A stretch of 64,000 nucleotides of DNA from a cyanobacterium endosymbiont of Rhopalodia gibba (GCA_045159875.1 CP067995.1:1824001-1888000); one strand, 5' to 3'. Counted from the first letter of the stretch, positions 34,215 through 46,155 are shown. Notes: a model not told the origin generated them from the letters alone. Made by a program: numbers and translations.

Positions 34215-34733
34215 CTAATAATCTACTAGGGTAATGATTGGCACATCAGGAAGTTTTTGGCGACCTTCTAAGGCTTTTAACTCAATGATAAAGGCAAATC
34301 CCAACACCTCACAACCGATTTTCTCTAACAAATCTACTGTTGCTCTAGCAGTTCCTCCCGTAGCAATTAAATCGTCAACAATAAGTACCCTATGATGATC
34401 AGCTAAGGCATCTTGATGAATTTCGAGTTTATCGGTTCCATACTCCAAATTGTACTCAACTTGATGGACTGCTGCCGGAAGTTTACCCGGTTTACGAACA
34501 GGGACAAAACCAGCCTCAAGTTGGTAAGCCAAAGGAACTCCAAATAGAAAGCCGCGAGATTCCATCCCCACAACATGATCGGGCAATAAACTCTGATATT
34601 GACATTTTTGGCATAAGGTATCAATGGTATAGCGTAATCCTTCCTGATTACTGAGCAGAGTAGTAATATCTCGAAACATAACCCCGGGTTTAGGAAAGTC
34701 TGGAATATCCCTAATCAACGCTTTAAGATCCAT
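34215..34733 (-). CDS. apt: Adenine phosphoribosyltransferase
   Basis: [38 protein letters not shown]. Confidence 0.97.
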   Translation of the reverse strand: MDLKALIRDIPDFPKPGVMFRDITTLLSNQEGLRYTIDTLCQKCQYQSLLPDHVVGMESRGFLFGVPLAYQLEAGFVPVRKPGKLPAAVHQVEYNLEYGTDKLEIHQDALADHHRVLIVDDLIATGGTARATVDLLEKIGCEVLGFAFIIELKALEGRQKLPDVPIITLVDY

Positions 34734-35304
34734 AAGTTATATTCTAAATTTGTTCGCAAGAAGTCAAAAATCACTTTAACAGATTGTCAGTATAAGTTCT
34801 TACTTAAAATTTACGCTTTTATCACTGATTAATTTTAGCAATGTATAGAGGATTTTTAGTTCTGAAGAACTAAGTAGAACAATATCCATTTGATAAAAAT
34901 TAATCTCGTCCCAATAAGCAACAGTTATTTGTGGTTAAGTATCTGACAAGCTTTTTCGGTTTTATTCATAAGATTTTTGATAGTTCGTGTAGGTAATTAG
35001 TGGTGTGCTACATCATCCGGTGTTTTTGCGCCCCAAAAATCTACCATCTCAATAAATAACATATCCAGATTTTTTCGAATCTAACTTAGCTAATTTCTAA
35101 AAGATGGTTGTATTTCTTTGTCTGAATATAGATTGTTGAACCTATAATGGATAATCTTTATTCGAATCGAGCATTATTTTTCTGTCCTTTGATACTGGAT
35201 GCCATTCTAACCATTAAGTCAATAGTCAACTAATTGACTCTCTTGCCAGATATAGTTAAAACAGATAACGGACCAATTATCAAAACACTAAGCTATTCTG
35301 TAAG

Positions 35305-35934
35305 ATGAATTCCACTGTTAGTATAATGTCTGATTCGAGTTCTCATACTAAGTTTAAACCTGTGATTTTAGATGTCCTGCCGGATTTTCCTATCTCTGGT
35401 CAGCGATGTGCCGTGCGACTTCAACAACGGATTGATTTATTATTATTGGCGATCGAAGCCTTGGAAAGAGGAGCATCAGAACAGATGCTCAAAACTATTC
35501 AACAACTACAATTACAGGAGATTATTAGAAATAGAATTGTTTTATGGCGGTTGCGATGTACTAATCCTTTGCGGCGTTCCTATACCCGTAAAACCCTAAC
35601 TCTTATTCAAGCCAAAGCATTAGTAATTATTGCAAGCCATCAAGCAAAACCTCTAACCGTTCAGATTCGACAACTTTTGTTAGCTGAACAACAGATGAGA
35701 CAAAAAAGACTACCAGTCAATTGTCATTTCCTGTTAGCGGAATATTTAGAACAATTTCATGCTCATTTTCAGAGTCGGATGAATCCTCGTCGTGCTAAAG
35801 TTTCAGTCTATCTAACTTCTAATGATGAATTAAATAAATTGGCTTTGTTTTTATTAAAACAACTTTTGTTTTGTACGGGAACTACCGGAATGCAAAGATT
35901 TTGGATTAGTTTATTTGATGGAGAGGTCGCATGA
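35305..35934 (+). CDS. DUF3038 family protein
   Basis: IDLLLLAIEAL, LWRLRCTNPLRR, LLFCTG..G.QRFWISLFDG. Confidence 0.85.
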   Translation: MNSTVSIMSDSSSHTKFKPVILDVLPDFPISGQRCAVRLQQRIDLLLLAIEALERGASEQMLKTIQQLQLQEIIRNRIVLWRLRCTNPLRRSYTRKTLTLIQAKALVIIASHQAKPLTVQIRQLLLAEQQMRQKRLPVNCHFLLAEYLEQFHAHFQSRMNPRRAKVSVYLTSNDELNKLALFLLKQLLFCTGTTGMQRFWISLFDGEVA

Positions 35935-36569
35935 ATATCAAACGACAATATAGCCTACCGAATTGTACCTTAATATTAGAAGGGTTGAGTGATAATTTGA
36001 CTGGAAGTGATTCCCAAGATAATCGCCCTCTTTTATCAATTTTAGTCAATGTTGAATGTCGTTTTGTGGGGACGTCCCAAACACTCCAGGGGGGAAGGAC
36101 GTTTCTAGAAAATTTAGCCAAAGTAGCTAGTGCCTATGCACAAGAATATCTTAGTGGTATCCCTCACCCCCAAGATATCCAAGGAAACGAAGATCTCATT
36201 CGCCTTGAAAAAATTGAAGACACTGATCTTCATCGCTTAAAATGGCAACCTAGTACACAGATAAGTCAATTTTGTGTGGAGTTAGAACTAAACACTGTTC
36301 AGTTATTTGATTTAGTTGAAAGTCTTGATCAATTTTTTACTGATAGTAGAACACTTCCTGATTTTAGCTTGCAGTTACACCCAATATCTCGACGATATCG
36401 TCCCCCTGATGAACCGTTACGACAACGGGCAGTCCCGGCTACATTGGGAATAGGGAGTGTTGCCTTGATGGCTTTAATTTTATTTTTCTTCCCCATTCCC
36501 GAAATCCGTGAACCAGAACCCAAATCACCTGAAACATCCACTAGAACTATTCCTAAAAACAACTTTTGA
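35931..36569 (+). CDS. DUF4335 family protein
   Basis: RQYSLPNCTLILEG, YAQEYLSG, QLFDLVESLDQF; ATGA overlap with the DUF3038 gene. Confidence 0.85.
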   Translation: MNIKRQYSLPNCTLILEGLSDNLTGSDSQDNRPLLSILVNVECRFVGTSQTLQGGRTFLENLAKVASAYAQEYLSGIPHPQDIQGNEDLIRLEKIEDTDLHRLKWQPSTQISQFCVELELNTVQLFDLVESLDQFFTDSRTLPDFSLQLHPISRRYRPPDEPLRQRAVPATLGIGSVALMALILFFFPIPEIREPEPKSPETSTRTIPKNNF

Positions 36570-37889
36570 CCTTTTCCCAAGATAAGTTCAACAAGATTCA
36601 AAAAGATGATTGTTATTCTCAACATCTAGGTCAAAATACAACAAAGTTGACGATGATCTAAAACAATAATCGCTAACGACAGGAGGTAAGTCAAACTAGC
36701 ATTTTAACCATAAATCAAGATCCGATTTTTTCAGTAAATAAATATGAACAATTAGGTTAACAAAACAGTTAAAAACACTTCAATTTTTTAACTATTCTAT
36801 CTGAGACATACTTCTAAACTAGTTATCTTTAATCAAAGAACGTTGACAAAAGTAAATTCTATCGAGGGGTTTCACAAACTTTTACTTCATCTACTGTCGA
36901 TGGCAAAAAATTCAAGTAATTTTTTGCCTATCAAACTTTTTAGAAAGTTCTTGAGGAATATATACTCTTAAATTCTTGATGCCATACAACAGAATTTTTG
37001 TCTAATTCAACTAAATCTTCATAAACTAGGTGTGCTCTTCTGTGAAATTAATTACAGAATCATACCGAAGTAGGACAGTACAATAAAATCATTGCCCTGG
37101 GCATAAGTTCTACAAAACAATTGTAGTTCACTAGATGTAGAACAGGCTTTTTTGCAATGGGTAAGAATCCGTAATGTATGAAATTCTTTAAGGCTTCAAT
37201 ATCCTGAGCAAGAACAAGCGATTACAATGATGACAACTTCATCTGTTCTCATTTTTTGTGAAAGTGATCTAGATTATAAAATCTTTCCGTAAGATTTAAG
37301 ACGAGATTGTAGGTCCATAGCACCAGACCTTGATTGATAAATATTACTTCTGGCATAGAGCTGTTACTCCTTTTTCACTCCTTAAATTTTCATCAAATTC
37401 ACATTTTCCCAACACCCTAAAATTCTTTTCAGAAAAGTATAAATTAACAAATATTGACTTAACTCCTACTTTATGATTAGTAACGTAAAAGGAGACTAAA
37501 TGTAGAATAAGCTAAATAAGTAACCCTAATCCTCTAGGACAATATCTTCATTAAGAATTTGGTTGTGAAATTCTCTGGATTACTCAGGTTACCCTTTAGG
37601 GACTTTTTTGTGGGAATGAATAGTTACTTTCATGGCTTCACTTTCTCGTCTAGATAGTCTTCAATTTACTAAATTTCTCTCTGTTATAGTTTTAATTTGC
37701 TCAAGTTCTATATCAAAACCTTCTTAAAATATTTGTTTTAGCCTAGACTATTTTAAATTTCCATTAGATTAGATATTAATCTTAATTGTCAACTTCTGAA
37801 CATATTTCCATCAATGGTTGAGCTTATCAGCTAAATTATGCTATATCTAGATATCTTGAAAGGGTAAATCATTAGGGATAAATTCAAGA

Positions 37890-38288
37890 ATGACAAAATT
37901 GGGAACTCATTTGATTGTCGACGCTTGGCAAGCACCATCAGATCTCCTCAACGACCCCGAACGAATTCGCCATGCACTCTTAGAAGGAATTACTGCAGGG
38001 GAGGCAACCCTGATTGATTTATGTGTTCATCATTTTAGTCCTCACGGTGTTACTGCCACAGCAACTTTAGCTGAGTCCCATATTGCTATTCATACTTGGC
38101 CTGAATACGGTTATTTTGCAGCCGATTTATTTTTCTGTGGACGAGGTGATCCAGAACAAGCTTTAGCTATCTTAAAAACTGCTTTGCAAGCTCAACAAGT
38201 TCAAGTAAAAATCATTGAACGAGGGTTTCCTAACTTACTTGATCACGATCCCTCTCTTACCACTACTATTTGTCAAAGTGTTGCTTAG
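37890..38288 (+). CDS. speD: S-adenosylmethionine decarboxylase proenzyme
   Basis: GTHLIVD, FSPHGVT, AESHIAIHTWPE self-cleavage motif. Confidence 0.92.
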   Translation: MTKLGTHLIVDAWQAPSDLLNDPERIRHALLEGITAGEATLIDLCVHHFSPHGVTATATLAESHIAIHTWPEYGYFAADLFFCGRGDPEQALAILKTALQAQQVQVKIIERGFPNLLDHDPSLTTTICQSVA

Positions 38289-39289
38289 AGGTTATTAGAT
38301 AAATCTTAAAAGGGATAAAAGTCTTCTAACTCGTGATATACAGCAAATTCTCTTGTCAATGACTATGCTATATAACTTAGTCATCGCCTAACTCATGCTA
38401 CCAAAAAATTAAATGTTTTGTTTATAAATAAACTCTTGATTCTTAATTATTAATTTTATCTAGAGACTTTTGTAGATAAGATTTCTATTTTTTGTTTTAG
38501 GTTAGATTGTTGAATCATTCATTAAGTTTAATGTCTAACTATAAAGCGTCTTTTTTTGATAAGTCTATATTTAGAGAAAACTAATTACTTGACAAAAAAA
38601 ATAAATTTAAAAGTTGGTTTAGTTATGGACAGTCACTGGTTTTTTAAAATTAAATTTCTTTCTTTTAAGAAAGACAAAAAATCTAGACTTTAGGGAGGAT
38701 GAAAAAAATTTAAGATGTTACTAATTTCTTGGTTTTAATTTCTCTTTAAAATTTTTGTCCTATTATTTCTAATTTCTATGACCATCAATCATTATTAAAA
38801 TTTACAATTAATAAAAAATTATTGGTACTATAAACTATAGCTAAATTTCCTGGGGTGTTATTTGATTGAAATTTAACTACAAAAATAATTAACTTTTCTA
38901 GTAGATAGATTATTAATAGTAATAATCTAAGTGGTTTCAGGTAAAATATAAGGAAGTAGTCAAGCTATTTTACTTCCTAAAAAGAAGCTTAAAATACTTT
39001 ACTAGGAAAATACATAATAACTAGCAATTTTTTAGCTTAATAATTGAAAATAAAAAAATATAAAATAGACAATTAAAATAGATATTTTTTCCTAAAAAAC
39101 CGTTATTTCTTTTATAAAGAAAATAGTTTACCGTAAATTATCTCACATCTTAATTAATATTTAAAAAATATATAATTCGCTTTTTTAGTCAGGATAATTA
39201 CCCTAGTTTTAGTAAATCAATAGCTTGTCGAGGGTAATCATGCTGTAATTCTGAAGAACGATCAGCTGTAAAAATTAAGAGGAGTACAC

Positions 39290-40400
39290 GACTTTCTATT
39301 ACTTCAATTACCATCTTATAGTTTAAAGAAGTGAATAGTTAAAGAGGCGAGATCAGTGGGAAAGAAAATCTCATACCTTAGTGAAAGGATTAAATAGTTA
39401 CAACGAAAAGGAGTTAAGATTTTCACAGGAGTTGCTACTATTACTTTCTGCTTTTGCTGTTGTTTTATCAAATCAGTAGGATTAAAAGAGAAATAGCACG
39501 ATCTCTTAGCAGATCTTGATGTTAATAACATTACCAATTTACAAGGTATGATCGCCAATGCTTCTAAACAAATATGTGGATGTCATAGGTCATGATATCA
39601 ATGTTTGTGATAACTTGAATTCTGAAAGAACGGAAATAATATAAAATTGAATATTGAAGCATCGATATAGCTGTTTTATCAAGTAAAATTGCCGATTCGT
39701 TTCCCTTTTTACTAACTACACAATTTTCCATAGTCATCGCAATGAGTTTACTCATTTCCAGATTACCCTACCTATTAGAGACTAAAAAATAGTCCGTTCA
39801 GATTTAGCCATTGCAGGGGCAATGTTCGATATTGACACGTAAACAAGGGTTTTCAAAACTATTTTGATCGCGGCTGTCTAAGGGTAAGGAAAAATGTGGT
39901 CTAATGGGCTGTTGACCTTGATAAACATTATGTTTTTAAATCCACTATCAAAGAGGGCTATTGTCCAATTCTTAAAAAACATTCAGGGACCAAAGCCGTT
40001 AAGATAGTTTATGAAGAAGGTAGTATAAGACTCACTAAAAATATAGAAGTTATACTTTCAGAACAACAAAAATCATGAAGAAAGCCAGCTAATCGTTACC
40101 AATCAGAGAAATAATTTATCACGAGGCGATTATTTCTTATCAAATAGGAATTACAGTTATTCTCGGTTTTAAAAATGTTATCGATAAAATTAAAATTCAT
40201 CATAAGATAACCATTTGTTGTAATAAAGAAAATGAAGGTATAGTTTATCAAGGGTTATTATTCTTTCAAGTTAAGGAAACTTATTTAGATAATTTATCCT
40301 AAACTCTTACTGCAATTTTAATGAGTGTGAGCAGCTGTAAAAAAGCATTATCTTTAGCAGTAATATCCGCACAAGGTATGGGTTTAGCCTGTTAAATTTA
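39290..40400 (+). pseudogene. ppsA: Phosphoenolpyruvate synthase pseudogene
   Basis: Collinear PpsA fragments: IL*FKEV, VGKKISYLSE, GLKEK*HDLLADLDV, KIVRSDLAIAGAMFDIDT, YVFKSTIKEGYCPIL..TKNIEV..EQQK, IMKKAS, HEAIISYQIGI, EGIVYQGLLFFQVKETYLDNL..ILMSV..GMGLA; stops, frameshifts and deletions. Confidence 0.92.
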
Positions 40401-40707
40401 TGATTGCAGGCTATTGTATTACAACTCATTCTTTGGCGTTGTTAACGTTTAATTAAATTTGAAGATAAGATGGAGATACTATTCCCCTTTCATTATATTC
40501 AGTTCCGGACTATAAATTGGGAGAAAAACACAGATATAGTCTTTTTTTTTTCATTATTTTAGTGGTCTAAACAATTCTTCATGCGTATATAAACTGATTA
40601 GAAAGTATCACAATAAGTCGTTAACTTGGTATTTGGTTTGATTAAAGCTACAATAGCAGTTATTTTTGTTCCCCGATTAGATAAAATAGACCTAATTCAA
40701 AATAAAG

Positions 40708-41124
40708 ATGACTGATATGGAACACGGTCTTTTGTGGTTACCCTTACTAATTGTTTTCTTCTCGTTAGCTTGGAGTGGTAAAAATGAATATCATAAACTA
40801 GAAGCATATCGTCAATGGGCAAAAAATTTTGATCAGGCAAAATATGATATTTACTCAATTGTTGGGGTTAAAGAAAAACAAATAACTTGGGGAAAGCCAA
40901 CGCGATTACTTCCACAAAACTTACCTTCATTTTCTCTAGAAGATGTCACGGGCATTCGTCTATTAGTCAATAATTGTCCGGTCGACATCAATACCTTACC
41001 TAAAAAAGGAAATCCAACTATAGAATTCAGTTTTACAGGTAATAAAGCTCCGATAAAAATACCTTTTACCGAAATTGACTTGGCAGTAAAATGGCTAAAG
41101 TTTCTAGAAAATCTCAAAAAATAA
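40708..41124 (+). CDS. Conserved cyanobacterial hypothetical single-TM protein
   Basis: MEHGLLWLPLL..LAWSG.NEY.KLEAY..WA..FD.AKYDIY, IPFTEI..A.KW. Confidence 0.75.
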   Translation: MTDMEHGLLWLPLLIVFFSLAWSGKNEYHKLEAYRQWAKNFDQAKYDIYSIVGVKEKQITWGKPTRLLPQNLPSFSLEDVTGIRLLVNNCPVDINTLPKKGNPTIEFSFTGNKAPIKIPFTEIDLAVKWLKFLENLKK

Positions 41125-41899
41125 TTAACATTAGCCACTGAATTAATATAGTATCATTGTCAATGATAAAGTACTATAAAATCATAAAAATCAAGTCAGT
41201 TTAAATCTAAATTATTAGTCGTAAATTAATATGCTAAATATTTATGTTGACAGATATTTTTTTAAAAAACCTGTTTTATGTTTCACTGTTAAAAACATAG
41301 TAAATATTACAGTAAAAATTGGCAATTTATCTAATTCAACAAACATACCATGTAGTCTATGTAATCTATTATGTAATTTTATTACTCAGATAATTGATCT
41401 CAACTCTATAAAGATAAATTATTAGCATTTAGCAAGTTAAAATCATATTGGCTACACTGAATCTAAAAAAATTAACTTCAATAATAATTGAGTATTTTTT
41501 CGATGACACTCTCTTAATCTATATGACATCTGTACATTATCTTTACTTGGTCTAGTCTTAAGAAAGAATTTTGTTTACTAAAGTGATGGAAACGTTTGAG
41601 TTTAATTTCAATTAGGTAGAATGCAGAGGCTAGCGACCTTCTACTCTAGAAGATAGACTATAAAGTTCAACCAATAGATAAATTAATTTAAGAAATTTAT
41701 CTAATTTAAGTTATTTTTTTAAGAAGTAAATAACAAAAGAAGTTCTTTTTATTTATGAGTAAAATTAACAAAATAAGCTCTAATTATTAGAGATGATTTT
41801 GGAGGTGGTTACTCAAGATTTAGCTCTTTCTTTCGTTAAGCTTTAAAAAGCAGATTTAAAAACTAGAAAATCTGTACCTTTTTGACGAAAGCCTAAAAG

Positions 41900-42590
41900 C
41901 TACTTAAATCTACAGAATTACCTGATTTTAAATTAGATAAGGTAGTATTCTCAGGACAAAAAGCATTTTCATTATTTCAGTTATCAGTAACTTAACCAAG
42001 TTATGGAGAGCTTTAGGGGAATTAGGAGCAGTATGAAGAAGAGGAAAACCTAAACCTCCTAAGTCTGTTTCTAAGGCGACTATTTTTTCCCCGTCTAATC
42101 TATTACGTAATTCTCCATAAGCAATCAAAAGAATTTCAGGGTGATTTTCTCGAATTTGTAGGATGCAATCAGCTGTAAAAATATACCAATCGGTAGAAAT
42201 CTTTTCTAACTTAGATTGTAGACAATTTTGGGCACGTTTACTTTTTACTCACGTTTACTTTTTACTTTTGTCCAGGATATATTCTCAGCTTCTGCTATAT
42301 CCCAATTATAAGTTTAAGCAAATTTTCCTAAACAAAAATTTATGTTTTTTACCCAGGGTTTTCAACCAAAGTTTCCCCCTACCATAGAGGAACTGGTAAC
42401 GGGTGTATAGAGAAACTTCCCTAAAAATATTGTAGAAAGGTCAACTTCATTTTTATTGAGCTATAATTCTAGCAAACAGCTATGAGTAAACCGATAATGG
42501 TCTAATCAATTACTGAGAGCGCGAAATTGTAAGTACTTTTTCCAGACAAACTTACAAGTGGTCATCTCTGCGCGTCTGGATGTTGCTCAT
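41900..42590 (-). pseudogene. Eroded unassigned coding sequence, interrupted by a 17-bp tandem duplication
   Basis: EVSLYTRYQFLYGRGK..DWYIFTADCILQIRENHPEILLIAYGELRNRLDGEKIVALETDLGGLGFPLLH; cacgtttactttttact twice at 42233..42266. Confidence 0.5.
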
Positions 42591-43917
42591 TACAGTTATC
42601 TGTAATTTAGTCACTCGTCATTGACGAGTAACAAGTTTTTTAGTCAAAGGAAGTTAACCATTACTATTTTTTTATATTTTCTTATTTCTATCATTTATAA
42701 ACTTATTCTTTTATTTTAAATAACTAACATTACATAATCTTTAAGTATTATTTCTATTTTTTATTCATTCATTTCTTCTTTTGTCGTATTTTTTAGAGTC
42801 AACTATTACTTCTAGTAATTTAAATATTAACGATTAAACTTTGTATTTAGATTTTTTTTACACGACGAATTTAGTATAGCTTACAATAAAACTACCGTAA
42901 TGATATTTGAAGATAAAAATGATTTATCTCAGGTAGTTAAACAAACTTTTTTCCCAAAAAAACATGCCACAAAAAATATGTAAAAACAATATAAATTAAT
43001 CACCAAATACTTCTTGTATAAGAAAATTTATTTTTTAAAACTCTTAATGTATTCAAAAAATAAATTATTTACTGTTAATTACTTTCAGGTTACTCTAAAT
43101 TTTTTTAAAGGTCTCTTAGAAATCTTTGAAAAAAAATAATACCATATTCCTCGTGAATGGACTAAGATAGCAATAAAATCAGAGTTTTTTCTAGAAAATA
43201 GTTAAATTAAATATCTGAATTCTACAAAAAATTTCGTCGGATTTGTTGAAATTATTATCTTTTTCTATACTTAAACACTTAATTAATTATTACTACTTAA
43301 AAACCTTCTACTTAATTTGATTTCTTAGATGGAAAAAAATGAGTTAACTCATAAATACACCGACATGAAATAAAACAAATATCTACCATCAACAACAACT
43401 ATAACTGTATTACTCTTGCTGTTTCCTCATCACAGGACAGTTGTTTTGTTCTTAATTTCATCAGTGACAGTTACGAAACTGTCCTGTTTTTCTTGCCTAT
43501 AAAAAATAACATACAGTAGAATGTGTCTAGATTCGGTACCAATTCGATGAATCGTGGTGTGAGAAAAGTAAGTAGAAGAGCATTTGGGGTCGAAACATGG
43601 CGAGACTCCCAGGTGCTTTTCTCGTCAGAGTAGTAAGTACTAGTTTCAGATACAGTACCAGTTGTACTGAGCCTTTATTAAGTGGTTAACTTAAAATTCG
43701 GTTTTCGGAATTAAAACGGGATTTAGGATGTTAAGTTACTCGTCAAACAGTCTCATAGTGAGTGTTCAGCCTGATTATAGATAGAAGGTCCTAATCGTAT
43801 AGAAGAAAATCTATAGATGTTGTCTTCGGTCTTGGCAGTTCAAGATCGCTCATCATGATGATCCAAAACATTTCTCAATGAAAGTACTTTGGACAACCTA
43901 TTACTAAATGATAGCCA

Positions 43918-45420
43918 ATGAGAATAAAACACGACAAATATATCCTGGCGATAGACTTAGGGACTACTGGGAACCGTGCCATTCTTTTTGATAAAGAAGG
44001 CGCAGTTGCTGGTCAAGTATATAAAGAATTAACGCAACATTATCCTCATCCAGGTTGGTTAGAACATGATGCAACAGAAATTTGGCAAGATACCCTTAGC
44101 GTTATTAATCAGGTTTTAGAGAAAAAACAAATAGAAATTACGGCAATTGCAGCTATTGGTTTAACTGTCCAACGGGAAACTTGTCTCTTATGGGATAAAA
44201 ATACGGGAAAGCCTCTACATAAAGCCATCGTCTGGCAAGATCGTCGTACTGCCAGTCTATGTTCTGAACTACGCGAACAGGGAAAATCCCAAGAAATTAC
44301 TCAAAAAACTGGTTTAATCCTCGATCCCTACTTCTCCGCCACTAAACTCACCTGGTTGATTAATTGGGTTAAAGAAAACAAACCCCTAGTCAACTTTGAG
44401 AATGTCATCGCTGGAACCATTGATACTTGGATGCTATGGAACCTAACGGGGGGTAAAGTTCACGCTACCGATCATAGCAATGCCTGTCGTACCATGTTGA
44501 TGAACCTCGATAGTCTAACTTGGGATCCAGATTTATTAGAATTATTTGGCATTCCATCAACTATCATGCCAAAAATTCAAGAAAGTATGAGTTTTTTTGG
44601 TAAAACTGATGCTGATATATTAGGGGCGGAAATTCCTATCACCGCTATTTTTGGTGATCAACAAGCCTCTCTATTTGCCCACGGTTGTGACCGCCAAGGA
44701 TTGCTTAAATGCACTTATGGGACGGGCTCTTTCCTGATACTACAGGCTGGCAAAGAAATCGTGCGCTCCAAAAATAAACTCCTTTCTACTTTAGCTTGGA
44801 CAAGAAATAACTCTGTTAACTATGCTCTAGAAGGAGCGATCTTTACCTCTGGAGCAGCAGTTCAATGGTTGCGTGACGGCGCAAAATTAATTAATAATGC
44901 GGCCGAAACTGAAACTTTGGCCCGTCAGGTTTCCGATACTAATGGAGTCTACTTTGTCCCTGCGTTGAGCGGATTAGGAGCGCCTCACTGGGATATGTCA
45001 GCTAGGGGAGCATTTTTGGGCATAACTGGAGGAGTTCAGCGAGAACACATGGTAAGGGCAGTATTAGAAGCGATCGCTTACCAAGTTAAAGAAGTAGTTG
45101 AAGCTATCAATAAGGAGTCAGGCACACAAGTAGCCCGTCTTAAAGTTGATGGGGGTGCTTCCCAAAATAATTTCTTAATGCAGTTTCAAGCTGATGCTTT
45201 GGGAATTCCCGTGGAACGTCCTATGATACTAGATGCCACTGCCCAAGGGGCAGCTTTTGGGGCTGGGTTGACTGTTGGGTTTTGGGACAGTTATGATACC
45301 TTGATTGCTACCCGTAAAATTGATCGAGTCTTCAACCCTGAAGACAATGCCCCTAAGGTTCAAGCTAACTTTATTCCTTGGCAACGAGCAGTAGAACGGG
45401 CTAAAAATTGGGTTCAATAG
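43918..45420 (+). CDS. glpK: Glycerol kinase
   Basis: AIDLGTTG, QRET, WQDRRT, DPYFSATK, GDQQA, TYGTG, PALSGLGAPHWD, VDGG. Confidence 0.96.
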   Translation: MRIKHDKYILAIDLGTTGNRAILFDKEGAVAGQVYKELTQHYPHPGWLEHDATEIWQDTLSVINQVLEKKQIEITAIAAIGLTVQRETCLLWDKNTGKPLHKAIVWQDRRTASLCSELREQGKSQEITQKTGLILDPYFSATKLTWLINWVKENKPLVNFENVIAGTIDTWMLWNLTGGKVHATDHSNACRTMLMNLDSLTWDPDLLELFGIPSTIMPKIQESMSFFGKTDADILGAEIPITAIFGDQQASLFAHGCDRQGLLKCTYGTGSFLILQAGKEIVRSKNKLLSTLAWTRNNSVNYALEGAIFTSGAAVQWLRDGAKLINNAAETETLARQVSDTNGVYFVPALSGLGAPHWDMSARGAFLGITGGVQREHMVRAVLEAIAYQVKEVVEAINKESGTQVARLKVDGGASQNNFLMQFQADALGIPVERPMILDATAQGAAFGAGLTVGFWDSYDTLIATRKIDRVFNPEDNAPKVQANFIPWQRAVERAKNWVQ

Positions 45421-45438
45421 TATCATCCTTAAGACTAG

Positions 45439-45472
45439 ACCACTCCCCCGATACATCAGTCAGGGGAGTGGT
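45439..45472 (+). terminator. GC-rich hairpin after glpK
   Basis: accactcccc ... ggggagtggt. Confidence 0.55.
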
Positions 45473-45775
45473 TGAAGATGCTCAGAAAGTGAACTGTCCA
45501 TTATTCTTTGTCTTAAAAGTATGCTCAATATTCATTACGATGAATCAATATCGAGTAAGATTCTCATCTATAAATCTATTTAAGTTCATTTTTTTACATT
45601 GATATCTTTTATCTTTGTGCGACGCTGCGGCTTAGCCGTTTCTTATGTTTCATCAGAGCAATACAATCAATAAGAAAGATTCAACAAATTTAGGTCAGAC
45701 ATTGAAAATAGTACAATTCAAGGGAGGTTGTTTACCCTCTATTCGATATTGAACCCCTTTAAAATTATTAATTCC

Positions 45776-46155
45776 ATGACGACTACTATCGATAAAATCA
45801 AACTTACCCCAAAGGGGAGTGTGGTAAGTTATAAACCTTACTATTCCAAAGATAAATATGAAGTTCTCTGCCATGTGCTTTTTTTATATGATCAAGGTGA
45901 TCTAGAAAGAAAATGTCGTATTGAGGGAAGTAACAGAATTTCTTTTGTGGCAACGTAGTTGTCTTTAAGTCTCCTTCTTCATTAGCCTGTTGTCGAATTC
46001 AATTTAATCGGTAATGAGAACTTTATCTATAAGACTACCATTCTTAACTCAGAGTTTATTAACTTTCTCCTTAACGCGATTAAGACTTTTTCAGAAGCTC
46101 ATTTTGCCGATTTTATTAGAGTAATCTATCACAGATTACTGCACCTTAAAAAGTC
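45776..46155 (+). pseudogene. ebsA: Type IV pilus / secretion-associated protein EbsA pseudogene
   Basis: YKPYY..LYDQGDLE...RIEG...ISFVAT* (TAG where family has W), frameshifted CCRIQF, EFINFL..ADF...YHRLL; sits next to the Pta-N/DRTGG gene as in other cyanobacteria. Confidence 0.85.

Noticed and set aside
36850..37357. Minus-strand eroded ORF (MPEVIFINQG..VDEVKVCETP), considered as QueD or KaiA
   Set aside because: No diagnostic motifs; probably a pseudogene but unassignable.
39316..39755. Two minus-strand ORFs (80 and 63 aa) superficially like a receiver domain
   Set aside because: They are antisense to the ppsA pseudogene, which explains the region.
43500..43917. Possible glpD/glpF or HxlR remnant upstream of glpK
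   Set aside because: Only a weak RFSELKRDLG resemblance to HxlR; no glpD or glpF motif could be read.
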